A stretch of 12,865 bases of DNA from Archangiaceae bacterium. Its GTDB lineage: Bacteria > Myxococcota > Myxococcia > Myxococcales > Myxococcaceae. Below, piece by piece: positions 1 to 7,864 of the stretch; within the stretch, counting starts at the first letter, position 1; each line of letters starts with the position of its first letter. The stretch spans positions 1 to 12,865 of the forward strand of contig JAYVCD010000229.1 of the NCBI GenBank assembly GCA_043750125.1, written 5' to 3'. The position numbers were made by a program, and so were the translations under genes. The notes beneath the pieces are model-generated. The model did no database searches, was not told where the DNA came from, and saw only the letters and a list, made by a program, of their open reading frames with translations.

Positions 1-1095
1 GAGCGGGCCACCTACGCCGAAGTGAAGGCGGTCCTCGAGAAACATGGCAAGGCGGTGAAAGACGCCGACCCGACCGCGCTGACCCTCGGGCCGGCGGCGT
101 GGGGTTGGCTCGAGTATTTCGACAGCGCTGCATTCGAGCGCGCCGATGCGGGGGTCGACTTCGTTCCGTTCTATCTGCAGCAGGCCAAGGCCTACGAGGT
201 GGCCAACAATCGCCGCATCCTCGACTACCTCGACATTCACGTTTACCCCCAGGCCGAAGGAGTCGCGGTGGATGCCGGCACCGCGCCGATGACCAACGAG
301 ATGCGCCTGCGTTCGACCCGAATTCTCTGGGACCCGAGCTACACGGTCGAAAGCTGGGAAGCATGTTGCTACGGCGGGGTGATCAACGCCATTCCGCGGA
401 TGAAGGAATGGGTCGCGAAGAATTACCCCGGTACCAAGTTGGCCATCTCGGGTTACGGCTGGGGCGTCCTCGATACGCCCAGCGGCGCGCTGGCCCAGGT
501 CGATGTCCTCGGAATCCTCGGTCGGGAAGGAGTCGACCTCGCGACGCTCGAAGACGCCCCCGCGGTCAATGGCCTTGGAGAAGACGCCTTCAAGCTCTAC
601 CGGAACTACGACGGCGCGGGCTCGAAGTTCGGTGACACGTCGATTCGCGCGCGCTCGAGCGATGAGCTGCTCGCGTCGTTCTCTTCCTTCAGTGGGAACA
701 AGGTGACGACGGTCCTGGTGAACAAGAATCCCAGCAGCCCCACTGCGGCGACCCTCACCTTCACTGGCATGGGGCAAACCGGCCCGTACCGCGCGTTTCG
801 ATTCGGAGCAGCCGCACGGCTCACTCCCGCCGGCGTCGGGGCGGTGGACAACGGCGCCCTCACGCTCACCTTGCCGCCCTACAGCGCGACCCTGGTCGAG
901 TTCGTACCGGTGGGCGGCGTCGGCAATGCCGAAATTGAACCCGACGCGGGGACTCCGGGCCCGACCGACGGAGGATCGACGGTCAATCCCCCCGTCACTC
1001 CGGGAGGAGGCTGCAACTGCAACCAGATCGACTTCGGGCTGGTGTCCTTCGGCCTGCTGGCGCTGTCGGGACTCGCGCGGCGCCGTCGGGCATAG
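1..1095 (+). CDS. Glycoside hydrolase family 44-like (endoglucanase/xyloglucanase-like) protein, 5'-truncated, with C-terminal beta-sandwich, Pro/Gly linker and MYXO-CTERM-type anchor
   Basis: Frame is open from base 1 (ERATYAEV...), so the start lies outside the window. GH44-like motifs: GPAAWGW, RILDYLDIHVYPQ, RLRSTRILWDPSY.ESW, IPRMKEWVAKNYPGTKLAIS, ALAQVDVLGILGREG, AFKLYRNYDGAGSKFGDTS, VLVNK. Stop TAG at 1093-1095. Confidence 0.85.
   Translation, partial: ERATYAEVKAVLEKHGKAVKDADPTALTLGPAAWGWLEYFDSAAFERADAGVDFVPFYLQQAKAYEVANNRRILDYLDIHVYPQAEGVAVDAGTAPMTNEMRLRSTRILWDPSYTVESWEACCYGGVINAIPRMKEWVAKNYPGTKLAISGYGWGVLDTPSGALAQVDVLGILGREGVDLATLEDAPAVNGLGEDAFKLYRNYDGAGSKFGDTSIRARSSDELLASFSSFSGNKVTTVLVNKNPSSPTAATLTFTGMGQTGPYRAFRFGAAARLTPAGVGAVDNGALTLTLPPYSATLVEFVPVGGVGNAEIEPDAGTPGPTDGGSTVNPPVTPGGGCNCNQIDFGLVSFGLLALSGLARRRRA
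1003..1095 (+). other. MYXO-CTERM-type C-terminal sorting signal
   Basis: GGGCNC motif, hydrophobic stretch FGLVSFGLLALSGLA, then RRRRA-stop, preceded by a low-complexity PDAGTPGPTDGG linker. Confidence 0.8.
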
Positions 1096-1171
1096 CGGGG
1101 CCTGCTGAGTTCAGGTCCCGGCGCTGACGTTCGAGGAGCGAAGGTGCAGTGGATTGCACCTCGCGCCGGAC
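1096..1171. terminator. Stem-loops between convergent genes (possible bidirectional terminator or 3'-end structure)
   Basis: CGGGGCCTG (1096-1104) pairs with CAGGTCCCG (1112-1120) with one G-U pair. AGGTGCA (1142-1148) pairs with TGCACCT (1155-1161). No U-tract on either strand. Confidence 0.4.
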
Positions 1172-1187
1172 TGGATGGACCGCGAGG

Positions 1188-1973
1188 CTAGCGGCGGCTC
1201 TTCTTCTTCGCGGGCGACTTCTTCGCGGCTTTCTTCGAGCCAGCTTTTTTCGACCCGCTCTTCTTCGAGCTCGCTTTCTTCGAGGCGACCTTCCGGGGGG
1301 CGGCATTCTTCGACCCCGCCTTCTTCGGCCCCTTGCTGCTCGAAGGCCTCTTCGCGGCCGCCTTCTTCTTCGGCTTCCGCGCCGCGAGCGTCTTCTTGGC
1401 ACGAGCGACGAACTTCTTCACTGCGCTGGCCGCCTTCTTCGCTGTCTTACGTACCGAGCGGGCCGCTTCATTCGCGCTCTTCTGCACCTGCTCAGCCGCA
1501 TCACCGATCGCGTCGCCCGCGGCCTCGGCGGCATCACTCACCGCGTGCCCCGCCTGGTTCAGCTTCGCCCGCGCCGACTTTGCGTACTCGACCATCGGCT
1601 CAAAGTAGTGCTCTTCCCAACCTTGCCGATGGCTTTCTTCCTGGCCACTGGGAAGATTCGAGTGCCGCACCGTGACCATCGTCCCCTCTCCTTGAGGGTC
1701 GAAGAGGATTTCCACCGTCGAGTCTGGATCCGACTCAAGGAATTCCGTCGTCCGCCAGGCTTGTACAATTCTCGAAAAGGGCTCTTTTTGAAGCGTCTTT
1801 CCCGAGATGTACCCCTCCCAGGCGGTGAAGGTGTCATCGGCCTCGTTGTAGGTGGCGGTACTGCCCGTCATCTGACCGTGCTCTGAGGCTGACAGCCATG
1901 CCTTGTAGAGGGCTTCAGCACTTGCCGGCACAATCCGCGACACTTCGATCAACTCGCTCATTTGAGGGTCCAT
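1188..1973 (-). CDS. SRPBCC/Aha1-like (activator of Hsp90 ATPase homolog 1-like) domain protein with Ala-rich helical linker and Lys-rich histone-H1-like tail
   Basis: N-terminal ~130 aa show the SRPBCC pattern: LYKAWL..HGQMTG, FTAWEGYISG, PFSRIVQAWRT.EF....DSTVEI.F, T.VTVRHSNLP, GWEEHYFEPM. C-terminus is K/A/S-rich. Start is ATG 1973 or ATG 1961. Confidence 0.85.
   Translation of the reverse strand: MDPQMSELIEVSRIVPASAEALYKAWLSASEHGQMTGSTATYNEADDTFTAWEGYISGKTLQKEPFSRIVQAWRTTEFLESDPDSTVEILFDPQGEGTMVTVRHSNLPSGQEESHRQGWEEHYFEPMVEYAKSARAKLNQAGHAVSDAAEAAGDAIGDAAEQVQKSANEAARSVRKTAKKAASAVKKFVARAKKTLAARKPKKKAAAKRPSSSKGPKKAGSKNAAPRKVASKKASSKKSGSKKAGSKKAAKKSPAKKKSRR
1201..1290 (-). repeat. Degenerate ~15-nt coding repeat (xxSKK/xxAKK pentapeptides)
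   Basis: Recurring TTCTTCG units on the + strand encode VASKK-ASSKK-SGSKK-AGSKK-AAKK-SPAKK on the minus strand. Confidence 0.75.
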
Positions 1974-1985
1974 GAGAAAGGGGGG

Positions 1986-2014
1986 TTCGCAGCGGCGCGG
2001 ACTCTACTCATAAT
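1986..2014 (+). promoter_or_regulatory. Candidate sigma70-type promoter for dacB
   Basis: TTCGCA (1986-1991), 17-nt spacer, CATAAT (2009-2014), in the AT-richer 49-bp divergent gap. The -35 match is weak. Confidence 0.45.
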
Positions 2015-2022
2015 CAGGTTTC

Positions 2023-4215
2023 ATGAGTCCCTTCGCGTTGGTGATGGCGTTTGCGCTGGCTGCTGCTCCCCCTTCGCCCGGCGCGAAAGAGAAAGAACGC
2101 GACCAGCTGCGCAAGGTCATCATCGGAGTGATCGAGCGTTCTCCGCTGAAGAATGCCCGCATCTCAGTTCAAGTGCGCAGCCTGGACGATGGAAGCGTGG
2201 TCTTTGCTCAGGGCCAGGACGAGCTGCTCAACCCCGCCTCGAACGTGAAGCTCTTCACCGCCGCCGCCTCGCTGGCGAAGCTCGGCCCGGACTACCGCTT
2301 CGAGACCGAGTTCCTCACCGACTCTGATTCGCGCAACGGAATGACCCGCAACCTCTACGTGCGCGGCCGCGGAGATCCGACCATCACCACCGAGCGGCTC
2401 TACGGAATCGTCAGCGAGCTGGTGCACGCGGGCCTCAAAGAGGTCGGCGACGTGGTGGTCGATGACGCCTGGTTCGATGCGGCCCGCGAGGCGCCCGGCT
2501 TCGATCAGGAAAGCGGCGACCGCGCCTACCTGGCTCCGACCGGCGCGTTGTCTTTGAATTGGAACACGCTGGGCATCTACCTGCGGCCGGGCGAGCGCGA
2601 GGGCGCAGTGGCCACCGCCGAGCTCGAGCCGCCTTCTGAATACTTCACCCTGTCCTCGCAGCTTCGAACCGGCAGCAAGACCCAGCGCCGCTTCGTGGTC
2701 GGCACCGAGCTCGACAAAGATCGCATTCACCAGAAGGTGAGCGTCAGCGGCTTCGTCCCCATCGACAAGGGCGCCTGGAGCGTGTGGAAGAAAGTCGAGC
2801 AGCCCGCTCTGTATTTCGGCTGCACCTTGAAGAGCCTGCTCATCCAGCGCGGGCTGAAGGTGAAAGGCCGGGTCCGAAGCGCGATCGTGCCTCCTGGAAC
2901 CAAGATGCTGCACATCGCCGCCAGCGAGACGCTCGACATCGTGCTGAAGAAGATGAACAAGCACTCTTCGAACTTTGTCGCCGAGCAGCTGATCAAGACC
3001 CTCGGCGCGGAAGGGAAAGGGGCGCCCGGAACCACCGCGCACGGAATCGAGGTGGTCGAAGAGTTTCTCGAGCGCGACGTGGGGATGCGGCGCGGCAGCT
3101 ACGTGATGCGAAACGGGTCGGGTCTCAACGACACCAACCGCTTCTCTGCCGCGCAACAAAACGTGCTGCTCAAGTACATGTGGGACCGCTTTCCCCTCGC
3201 GCCCGAGTTCCTGAGCTCGCTGGGCATCGCGGGCAAAGACGGCACGGTCAAATACCGCTTCGAAGGCACCGACGCGGTCTGGCGCCTGCGCGCGAAGACC
3301 GGAACCCTGGAAAACGTCTCTGCCTTGTCGGGCTACGTGCAGGCCGTCGGCGGTGAACGGTTCGTCTTCACGGTGCTGGTCAATGACTTCCCCGGCCGGG
3401 TCAGCACCGTGCTGCAGCACATCGATGCGGTCGGCGCCGCGGTGGCTGCGACCGGCAGCAGCGGCGGGCCTTCGAGTGCGCTCGCGGCCTTGACCCCACT
3501 TTCGGTCGTCGGCCCGATGGAAGAGCTCAAGTCCCGAATGAGGATCTACGCCGCGGTGGCGATCAAGGCCGACAAGCGCAACGGCCCGTTCCTGCGCACC
3601 AGCTGGCGCACCGAGAAAGATCCTGCGGTCCGGGCGCTGATTGCCGAGGCGCTCTACCAATCTGATGCGCGCGAGGCCGCTTCGACCCGAATGCTGCTCG
3701 ACAGCGTCGCCGCCGGGGAAGAAGTCTACGGGCGGCTGAAGCGGGCAGCCAGAGAGCTGGGGGTGGAGACTCCGATGATCGGCAGCCTGGTCGAGCTGGC
3801 CGCCACCGGCAGCGCAGAGGCGCTGGCGCGGTTGTATGAGCTGACCCGGGCCAGCAACGGAGACGAGGCGGCCGAGAAGGCGATGGCCGATGCGCTGGCG
3901 ATCGTCGCCAACGAGGCGCCCCGCGAGCTGTTGCTGTCGTTGAAGGTCGCGTCGACCGCCGATCGCGAAGCCACCCTCGAAGCGCTCGCCGAAGGGCTGG
4001 TCCGCGCCGGCAAGCCCGACGCGCCGCTGTGGGCGCAGCTCAAAGAGCTTCAGGGTTCTCCCGACGCCAACACCGTCGACTTCTCGCGCCTGGTCGAGAT
4101 GCAGCTCTCTCAGAAGATCGCCGAAGCCAAGGCGCCCGCGCTTCACGACGGGGGGCTGTCCACCACCGTGACGCCTCCGGGGTTGATCAACACCCAACCT
4201 TCGCCCGGCGGCTGA
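2023..4215 (+). CDS. dacB: D-alanyl-D-alanine carboxypeptidase/endopeptidase (PBP4, peptidase S13) with C-terminal helical extension
   Basis: Signal peptide; catalytic SxxK (PASNVK, SNVK at 2239-2250), SxN (SSN, 2965-2973) and KTG (AKTGTL, KTG at 3295-3303); also LGPDYRFET, GRGDPT, NGSGL, SALSGYV. Confidence 0.95.
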   Translation: MSPFALVMAFALAAAPPSPGAKEKERDQLRKVIIGVIERSPLKNARISVQVRSLDDGSVVFAQGQDELLNPASNVKLFTAAASLAKLGPDYRFETEFLTDSDSRNGMTRNLYVRGRGDPTITTERLYGIVSELVHAGLKEVGDVVVDDAWFDAAREAPGFDQESGDRAYLAPTGALSLNWNTLGIYLRPGEREGAVATAELEPPSEYFTLSSQLRTGSKTQRRFVVGTELDKDRIHQKVSVSGFVPIDKGAWSVWKKVEQPALYFGCTLKSLLIQRGLKVKGRVRSAIVPPGTKMLHIAASETLDIVLKKMNKHSSNFVAEQLIKTLGAEGKGAPGTTAHGIEVVEEFLERDVGMRRGSYVMRNGSGLNDTNRFSAAQQNVLLKYMWDRFPLAPEFLSSLGIAGKDGTVKYRFEGTDAVWRLRAKTGTLENVSALSGYVQAVGGERFVFTVLVNDFPGRVSTVLQHIDAVGAAVAATGSSGGPSSALAALTPLSVVGPMEELKSRMRIYAAVAIKADKRNGPFLRTSWRTEKDPAVRALIAEALYQSDAREAASTRMLLDSVAAGEEVYGRLKRAARELGVETPMIGSLVELAATGSAEALARLYELTRASNGDEAAEKAMADALAIVANEAPRELLLSLKVASTADREATLEALAEGLVRAGKPDAPLWAQLKELQGSPDANTVDFSRLVEMQLSQKIAEAKAPALHDGGLSTTVTPPGLINTQPSPGG

Positions 4216-4227
4216 GCGGCGGAAAGG

Positions 4228-5325
4228 TCAGCCGCCCTGGCTGATCAACCCGCTGCGCTTGAGCCAGAAGCCCGCGGCGAGCACGGCCAACATTCCGAAG
4301 GGAATCCACGCGGCCGCAGCGATCGGAAGATGGCCCGCCAGCGCCAGCCCTTTGCCGACCACCATCATCGCCCACATCGAAATCGCGATCGCGAAGCCCT
4401 CGACCAGCGCGCTGGTCAGCTGTCCTTTGCGCCCGGGCCGCAAACCCAGGCCGAGCGCCAACAACGTTCCTGCAAATCCGGTCAGGGGGTACGCGTAGCG
4501 GTTGTGCAGCGCGAGCAGGTGCTTTCCCACCGGCTGGCCCACTTCGCGACGGGCTCGAATCTGCTCGAGCAATTCTGCGCGCCGCAGGTACTCGGGGCGC
4601 CCCGCCTGCACCACCAGCACCTTGCGTGGAAAGTTGAGCTGAAGCTGGGTGTGGGGGACCTGCTCGAGCGTCACGTCGGCCTCGAGCGGAAAGTGACGAA
4701 TCTGCGCCGCCGACAGGTCCCACTGGTTGCCTTCGACCCACGTCATCCGTTCGGCATCGATGCGCGAGACCAGCCGGAAATCTTCGCTGAGCTTGAAGAT
4801 CGACACCCCGACGAAGCCGTCCTTCGCGTCGCCCCCGCTGACGTGAAGCACCTCGTTCCCCCGGCGGAACCATTGGGTCGGGCGGTAGTAGGTGTACCAG
4901 GCGTTCCACCCGCTGTTGAACCGCGTCACTGCCAGGTCGTCCACCCTCGCGCCCGCGTACGTCACCACCGTCTCGTCGAAGGCGAGCAGCAGGCCGGCCG
5001 CGACCAACGCCGAACCTCCAATCGGCAGGTAGAGCGCCGACGGTCCGAAGGTCAGCGCCCGCATCGCGGTGATTTCTCCCCGCTTGCTCAACGTGGCGAT
5101 CGCGGCGCCGGCCGCGAGCATCATCGCCGGAGGTCCCAGCAGCCCAATCGCCACCAGCGATTTGTTCCAATACATCTGCGCCACGTCGAGCAGCGCGTGG
5201 GCCATGAACAGCTTCACCCGATCTGAAAAGTCCGCGACGACGAACACCGCCAGCACCACCGCCAGCATCGCGAGGAAGTAGGTCAGGTACAGCCGCAGCA
5301 CGTAGAGGGTGAGGGTACGGCTCAT
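4228..5325 (-). CDS. lptG: LPS export ABC transporter permease LptG
   Basis: Real start is ATG 5325 (MSRTLTLYVLRLYL), overlapping the lptF stop as ATGA. Contains the LSKRGEITAMRALTF coupling helix, 3 TMs, a periplasmic beta-jellyroll region, HNRYAYPL and 3 more TMs. The upstream part of the 759-aa ORF is an out-of-frame extension over lptF. Confidence 0.88.
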   Translation of the reverse strand: MSRTLTLYVLRLYLTYFLAMLAVVLAVFVVADFSDRVKLFMAHALLDVAQMYWNKSLVAIGLLGPPAMMLAAGAAIATLSKRGEITAMRALTFGPSALYLPIGGSALVAAGLLLAFDETVVTYAGARVDDLAVTRFNSGWNAWYTYYRPTQWFRRGNEVLHVSGGDAKDGFVGVSIFKLSEDFRLVSRIDAERMTWVEGNQWDLSAAQIRHFPLEADVTLEQVPHTQLQLNFPRKVLVVQAGRPEYLRRAELLEQIRARREVGQPVGKHLLALHNRYAYPLTGFAGTLLALGLGLRPGRKGQLTSALVEGFAIAISMWAMMVVGKGLALAGHLPIAAAAWIPFGMLAVLAAGFWLKRSGLISQGG

Positions 5326-6434
5326 CGAATCGTGCCTTCGCGGTTGGCGCGCACCATCGCCCAGCCCCCCAGCGCGAAGAAGACGAGGTTGGCGACCTGC
5401 CCGGCGAGAATGGGAGGCAGCTGGCCCCGCGCTCCCAGCCCCGCCGCAATCTGCATCACCACGTAATACAGGACGTAGCCGACGATGCTGAGCAGGATTC
5501 CCCGGCCCCGCCTCGTCCCGCGCCCTCCGAGCGCGAGCGCCGTTGCCAACAACGCGAACGCCAGTGGCATCAGCGCTCGGCCCACGCGGGCGTGGAAGGT
5601 GACGAGGTAGGGCAGGGGGTTGGGGTCGGTGGTGGCCGCCTCGAGCAGCTGGGTGGGCGTCAACTCTTCTTGCGGACGCTTGAAGGTGTTCTTGCCCATC
5701 GCGCCCTCGACGCTCAGCACCATCGCCCCCTGCTCGAAGTCCGCGACCGCGTAGTCCCCCTGGCCCGGGTTGGCGCGATGCAGGTTCCCCCCGCGCAATA
5801 GCAGCCGCACTTCGTCTCCGGCGCTCTCGGGCACGAGGTGACCTTCCCGGGCGAGCAAGAGCTGGGGCGCGGCGGGATCCCGGCTGTCGTGGATCAGCAC
5901 GTTCTGCCAGACGCCATTGGGCAGGACCCGCTCGGTGTAGAGAACGAAATTCGCGATGTCGTCGTAGAAGATCTCGGGGCGCACATCGCCCATCACGTTG
6001 CGTTTGATCAGCTCGGTGGCGGTGGCAGAGACGGCCCGCATTCCCCATGGCTCGAGCGTCCAGGTCACTGCCAGCGATGCCACCGCCAGCACCGCCGCCA
6101 GCGACATCGGCCACGCCAGCAACTTCCAGGGCCCGATTCCCAGCGCCCGAATCGCGGTCAGCTCGCCGTCTTCGGACAGCCGGCCCAGCCCGAGCAGAAT
6201 CGCGAGCAACAAGGCAATCGGCATCGCCTGAAGCAGGAAGTGGGGGCTCAAGAAGAAGATGAAGCGGAGCAGATCGATCGCGCTGACCGCCGACCCCAGC
6301 AACAGCTCGGTGCCCCGCAGAAAGGACATCGCGAGAAAGAGAAAGAAGAAGAACACCAGCCAGTTCGCCAGGGGCACCAGCACTTCGGCCAGCACGTAGC
6401 GGGCGAGCAGGCGGCTGCTGGGCACGCGGCGCAT
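5322..6434 (-). CDS. lptF: LPS export ABC transporter permease LptF
   Basis: LLARYVLAEVL, MPIALLLAILLGLGRLSEDGELTAIRALGIG, FHARVGRALMPLAFALLA, YVLYY. First gene of a tandem LptF/LptG pair. Start uncertain (ATG 6434, GTG 6425 or TTG 6461). Confidence 0.9.
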   Translation of the reverse strand: MRRVPSSRLLARYVLAEVLVPLANWLVFFFFLFLAMSFLRGTELLLGSAVSAIDLLRFIFFLSPHFLLQAMPIALLLAILLGLGRLSEDGELTAIRALGIGPWKLLAWPMSLAAVLAVASLAVTWTLEPWGMRAVSATATELIKRNVMGDVRPEIFYDDIANFVLYTERVLPNGVWQNVLIHDSRDPAAPQLLLAREGHLVPESAGDEVRLLLRGGNLHRANPGQGDYAVADFEQGAMVLSVEGAMGKNTFKRPQEELTPTQLLEAATTDPNPLPYLVTFHARVGRALMPLAFALLATALALGGRGTRRGRGILLSIVGYVLYYVVMQIAAGLGARGQLPPILAGQVANLVFFALGGWAMVRANREGTIR

Positions 6435-6463
6435 CGTCGCGGCGCCGGCCCACAAGCGCAAGG

Positions 6464-7864
6464 TTGGCGCGGCAACCCGAGTGTAATCTTCCCCACTCTT
6501 TGCTCACCCGAAACCAAAAGGCCGCTGCGATCGCGATCTTCGTTGCCGCCGGCGCGCTGCGGTTATGGGCGATGTCGGGCGAGACGATTCACGATTGGGA
6601 TGAGGCGTACCACGCACTGGTGGCCAAGCACCTCGCGGTCCACCCTCTCGAGCCGACGCTCTACGACGACGCCGCGCTGCCTTACGACGACGGTGCCTGG
6701 AGTCGCTCGCGCATCTTCCTGAACAAGCCTCCGCTGGCCCTGTGGTTGATGGCCGCGTCGATTCGGGTGCTGGGCGCGACAGTCTTTGCGCTGCGGCTTC
6801 CCTCGGCGGTGCTCGATCTGCTGGGGCTCTGGCTCACCTTCGCGATCGGCCTGCGACTGTTCGGGGTGCGGGTCGCGCTGGGGGCGATGGCCCTTCACGC
6901 GGGCCTGGGAAACGCGCTGCTGTGGATCGGAGGGGTCCATGCGACCGACCACGTCGACATTCAGCTCGCCTTCTGGGTCGAGTTCGCCGCGTATGGAATC
7001 GTTCGCCAACAGCAGGGCTCGGGGCGGTGGACCTGGGTCGTCGGACTTGCGACCGGAGCGGCCCTGCTCACCAAGTCCGCGCCCGGCGCCTTGCCCCTGC
7101 TGTTGCTCGCGGCCTTCGGCGGCAAGGGGTTCAAAGAGAACGCCCGGGCCGCGGTGCTCGCCGCGACTCTCGCGCTGGCGATCGCTGCACCCTGGAACAT
7201 CTACCTGCGCGCGCGGTGGCCCGGGCTGTCGGCGAATGCCGCGCACGCGCAGCTCTCTCATCTGTGGTCGGTGTGGGAAGAGCATGGCGGCCCGTTCTAT
7301 TTCCACCTCGAAAAGCTGGGGCAGCTGCACGGGGTGCTCGCCGCGATCGCGGTGGTGTGGTTCATCGCGACCGCGGTGCAATCGAAAGACGCCGGTGCGC
7401 GGATGATTGCGTTTTGGTGGGTGGCTCCGGCGGTGCTGTTCAGCTTTTCGGCCACCAAGATGCCCGGCTACCTGGGGATCGCGTCCCCCGCGGTCTGCCT
7501 GATGACGGCGGCGTTCGCGGTCGCAGCCTTCGAGCGCTACCGGCCCTGGGTCCAGGGGGTCGCCGCGGCGGTGGTGGTCTCGGCGGTGGTGACCGATGGG
7601 CGCGAGCTGCTTCGGCTGGGTCGTTCGTCGCCCGACGCGCAGCAGTTCGCGGCGACGATGCGCGCGCTGCCCCCGCGGACCATCGTGCTCGAAGTCCAGC
7701 CCGCGATTCAGGCGATGTTCTTCGGGGCGCACGCGGCGTACCGCGATTCCTGGAGCCCCGAGCAGCGCGCCTCGGTCGAGCGCGCCGGCTACCCGCTTCG
7801 CATCGCGTCCTGCGACGGCGGGGAAGGGCTGGCGTTGCCCCCCGGGTTCTGCGCTCCACCCTGA
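6464..7864 (+). CDS. ArnT/PMT-like GT-C fold membrane glycosyltransferase (GT83/GT39-like)
   Basis: TM1 followed by WDEAYHALVAK, FLNKPPLALWLMAAS, FALRLPSA, DHVD, GAALLTKS, APW, HGGPFYFH, FSFSATKMPGYL; multiple TM segments. Start uncertain (TTG 6464 or TTG 6500). Substrate unknown, so arnT is not assigned. Confidence 0.85.
   Translation: MARQPECNLPHSLLTRNQKAAAIAIFVAAGALRLWAMSGETIHDWDEAYHALVAKHLAVHPLEPTLYDDAALPYDDGAWSRSRIFLNKPPLALWLMAASIRVLGATVFALRLPSAVLDLLGLWLTFAIGLRLFGVRVALGAMALHAGLGNALLWIGGVHATDHVDIQLAFWVEFAAYGIVRQQQGSGRWTWVVGLATGAALLTKSAPGALPLLLLAAFGGKGFKENARAAVLAATLALAIAAPWNIYLRARWPGLSANAAHAQLSHLWSVWEEHGGPFYFHLEKLGQLHGVLAAIAVVWFIATAVQSKDAGARMIAFWWVAPAVLFSFSATKMPGYLGIASPAVCLMTAAFAVAAFERYRPWVQGVAAAVVVSAVVTDGRELLRLGRSSPDAQQFAATMRALPPRTIVLEVQPAIQAMFFGAHAAYRDSWSPEQRASVERAGYPLRIASCDGGEGLALPPGFCAPP

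Noticed and set aside
1096-1187. Possible tRNA or SRP RNA (GTTCGA and TCAGGTCC words)
   Set aside because: No cloverleaf, T-stem or CCA end, and no SRP GGAAGGAAGCAGC motif.
995-1886. Arg-, Leu- or Ser-rich ORFs (995-1402 minus; 1149-1886, 1154-1675 and 1333-1608 plus)
   Set aside because: Alternative readings of the Lys/Ala low-complexity tail of the SRPBCC gene.
2164-4197. 677-aa antisense ORF over dacB
   Set aside because: Codon-aligned antisense shadow typical of GC-rich genes; no recognisable motifs.
4228-6507. 759-aa ORF suggesting a long N-terminal extension of LptG or a frameshifted LptF-LptG fusion
   Set aside because: The first ~394 codons are Arg/Ala/Gly-rich and overlap lptF in the frame where stops need T at third codon positions, which is rare at high GC3. 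A normal ATGA-coupled start exists at 5325, and I saw no convincing slippery site.
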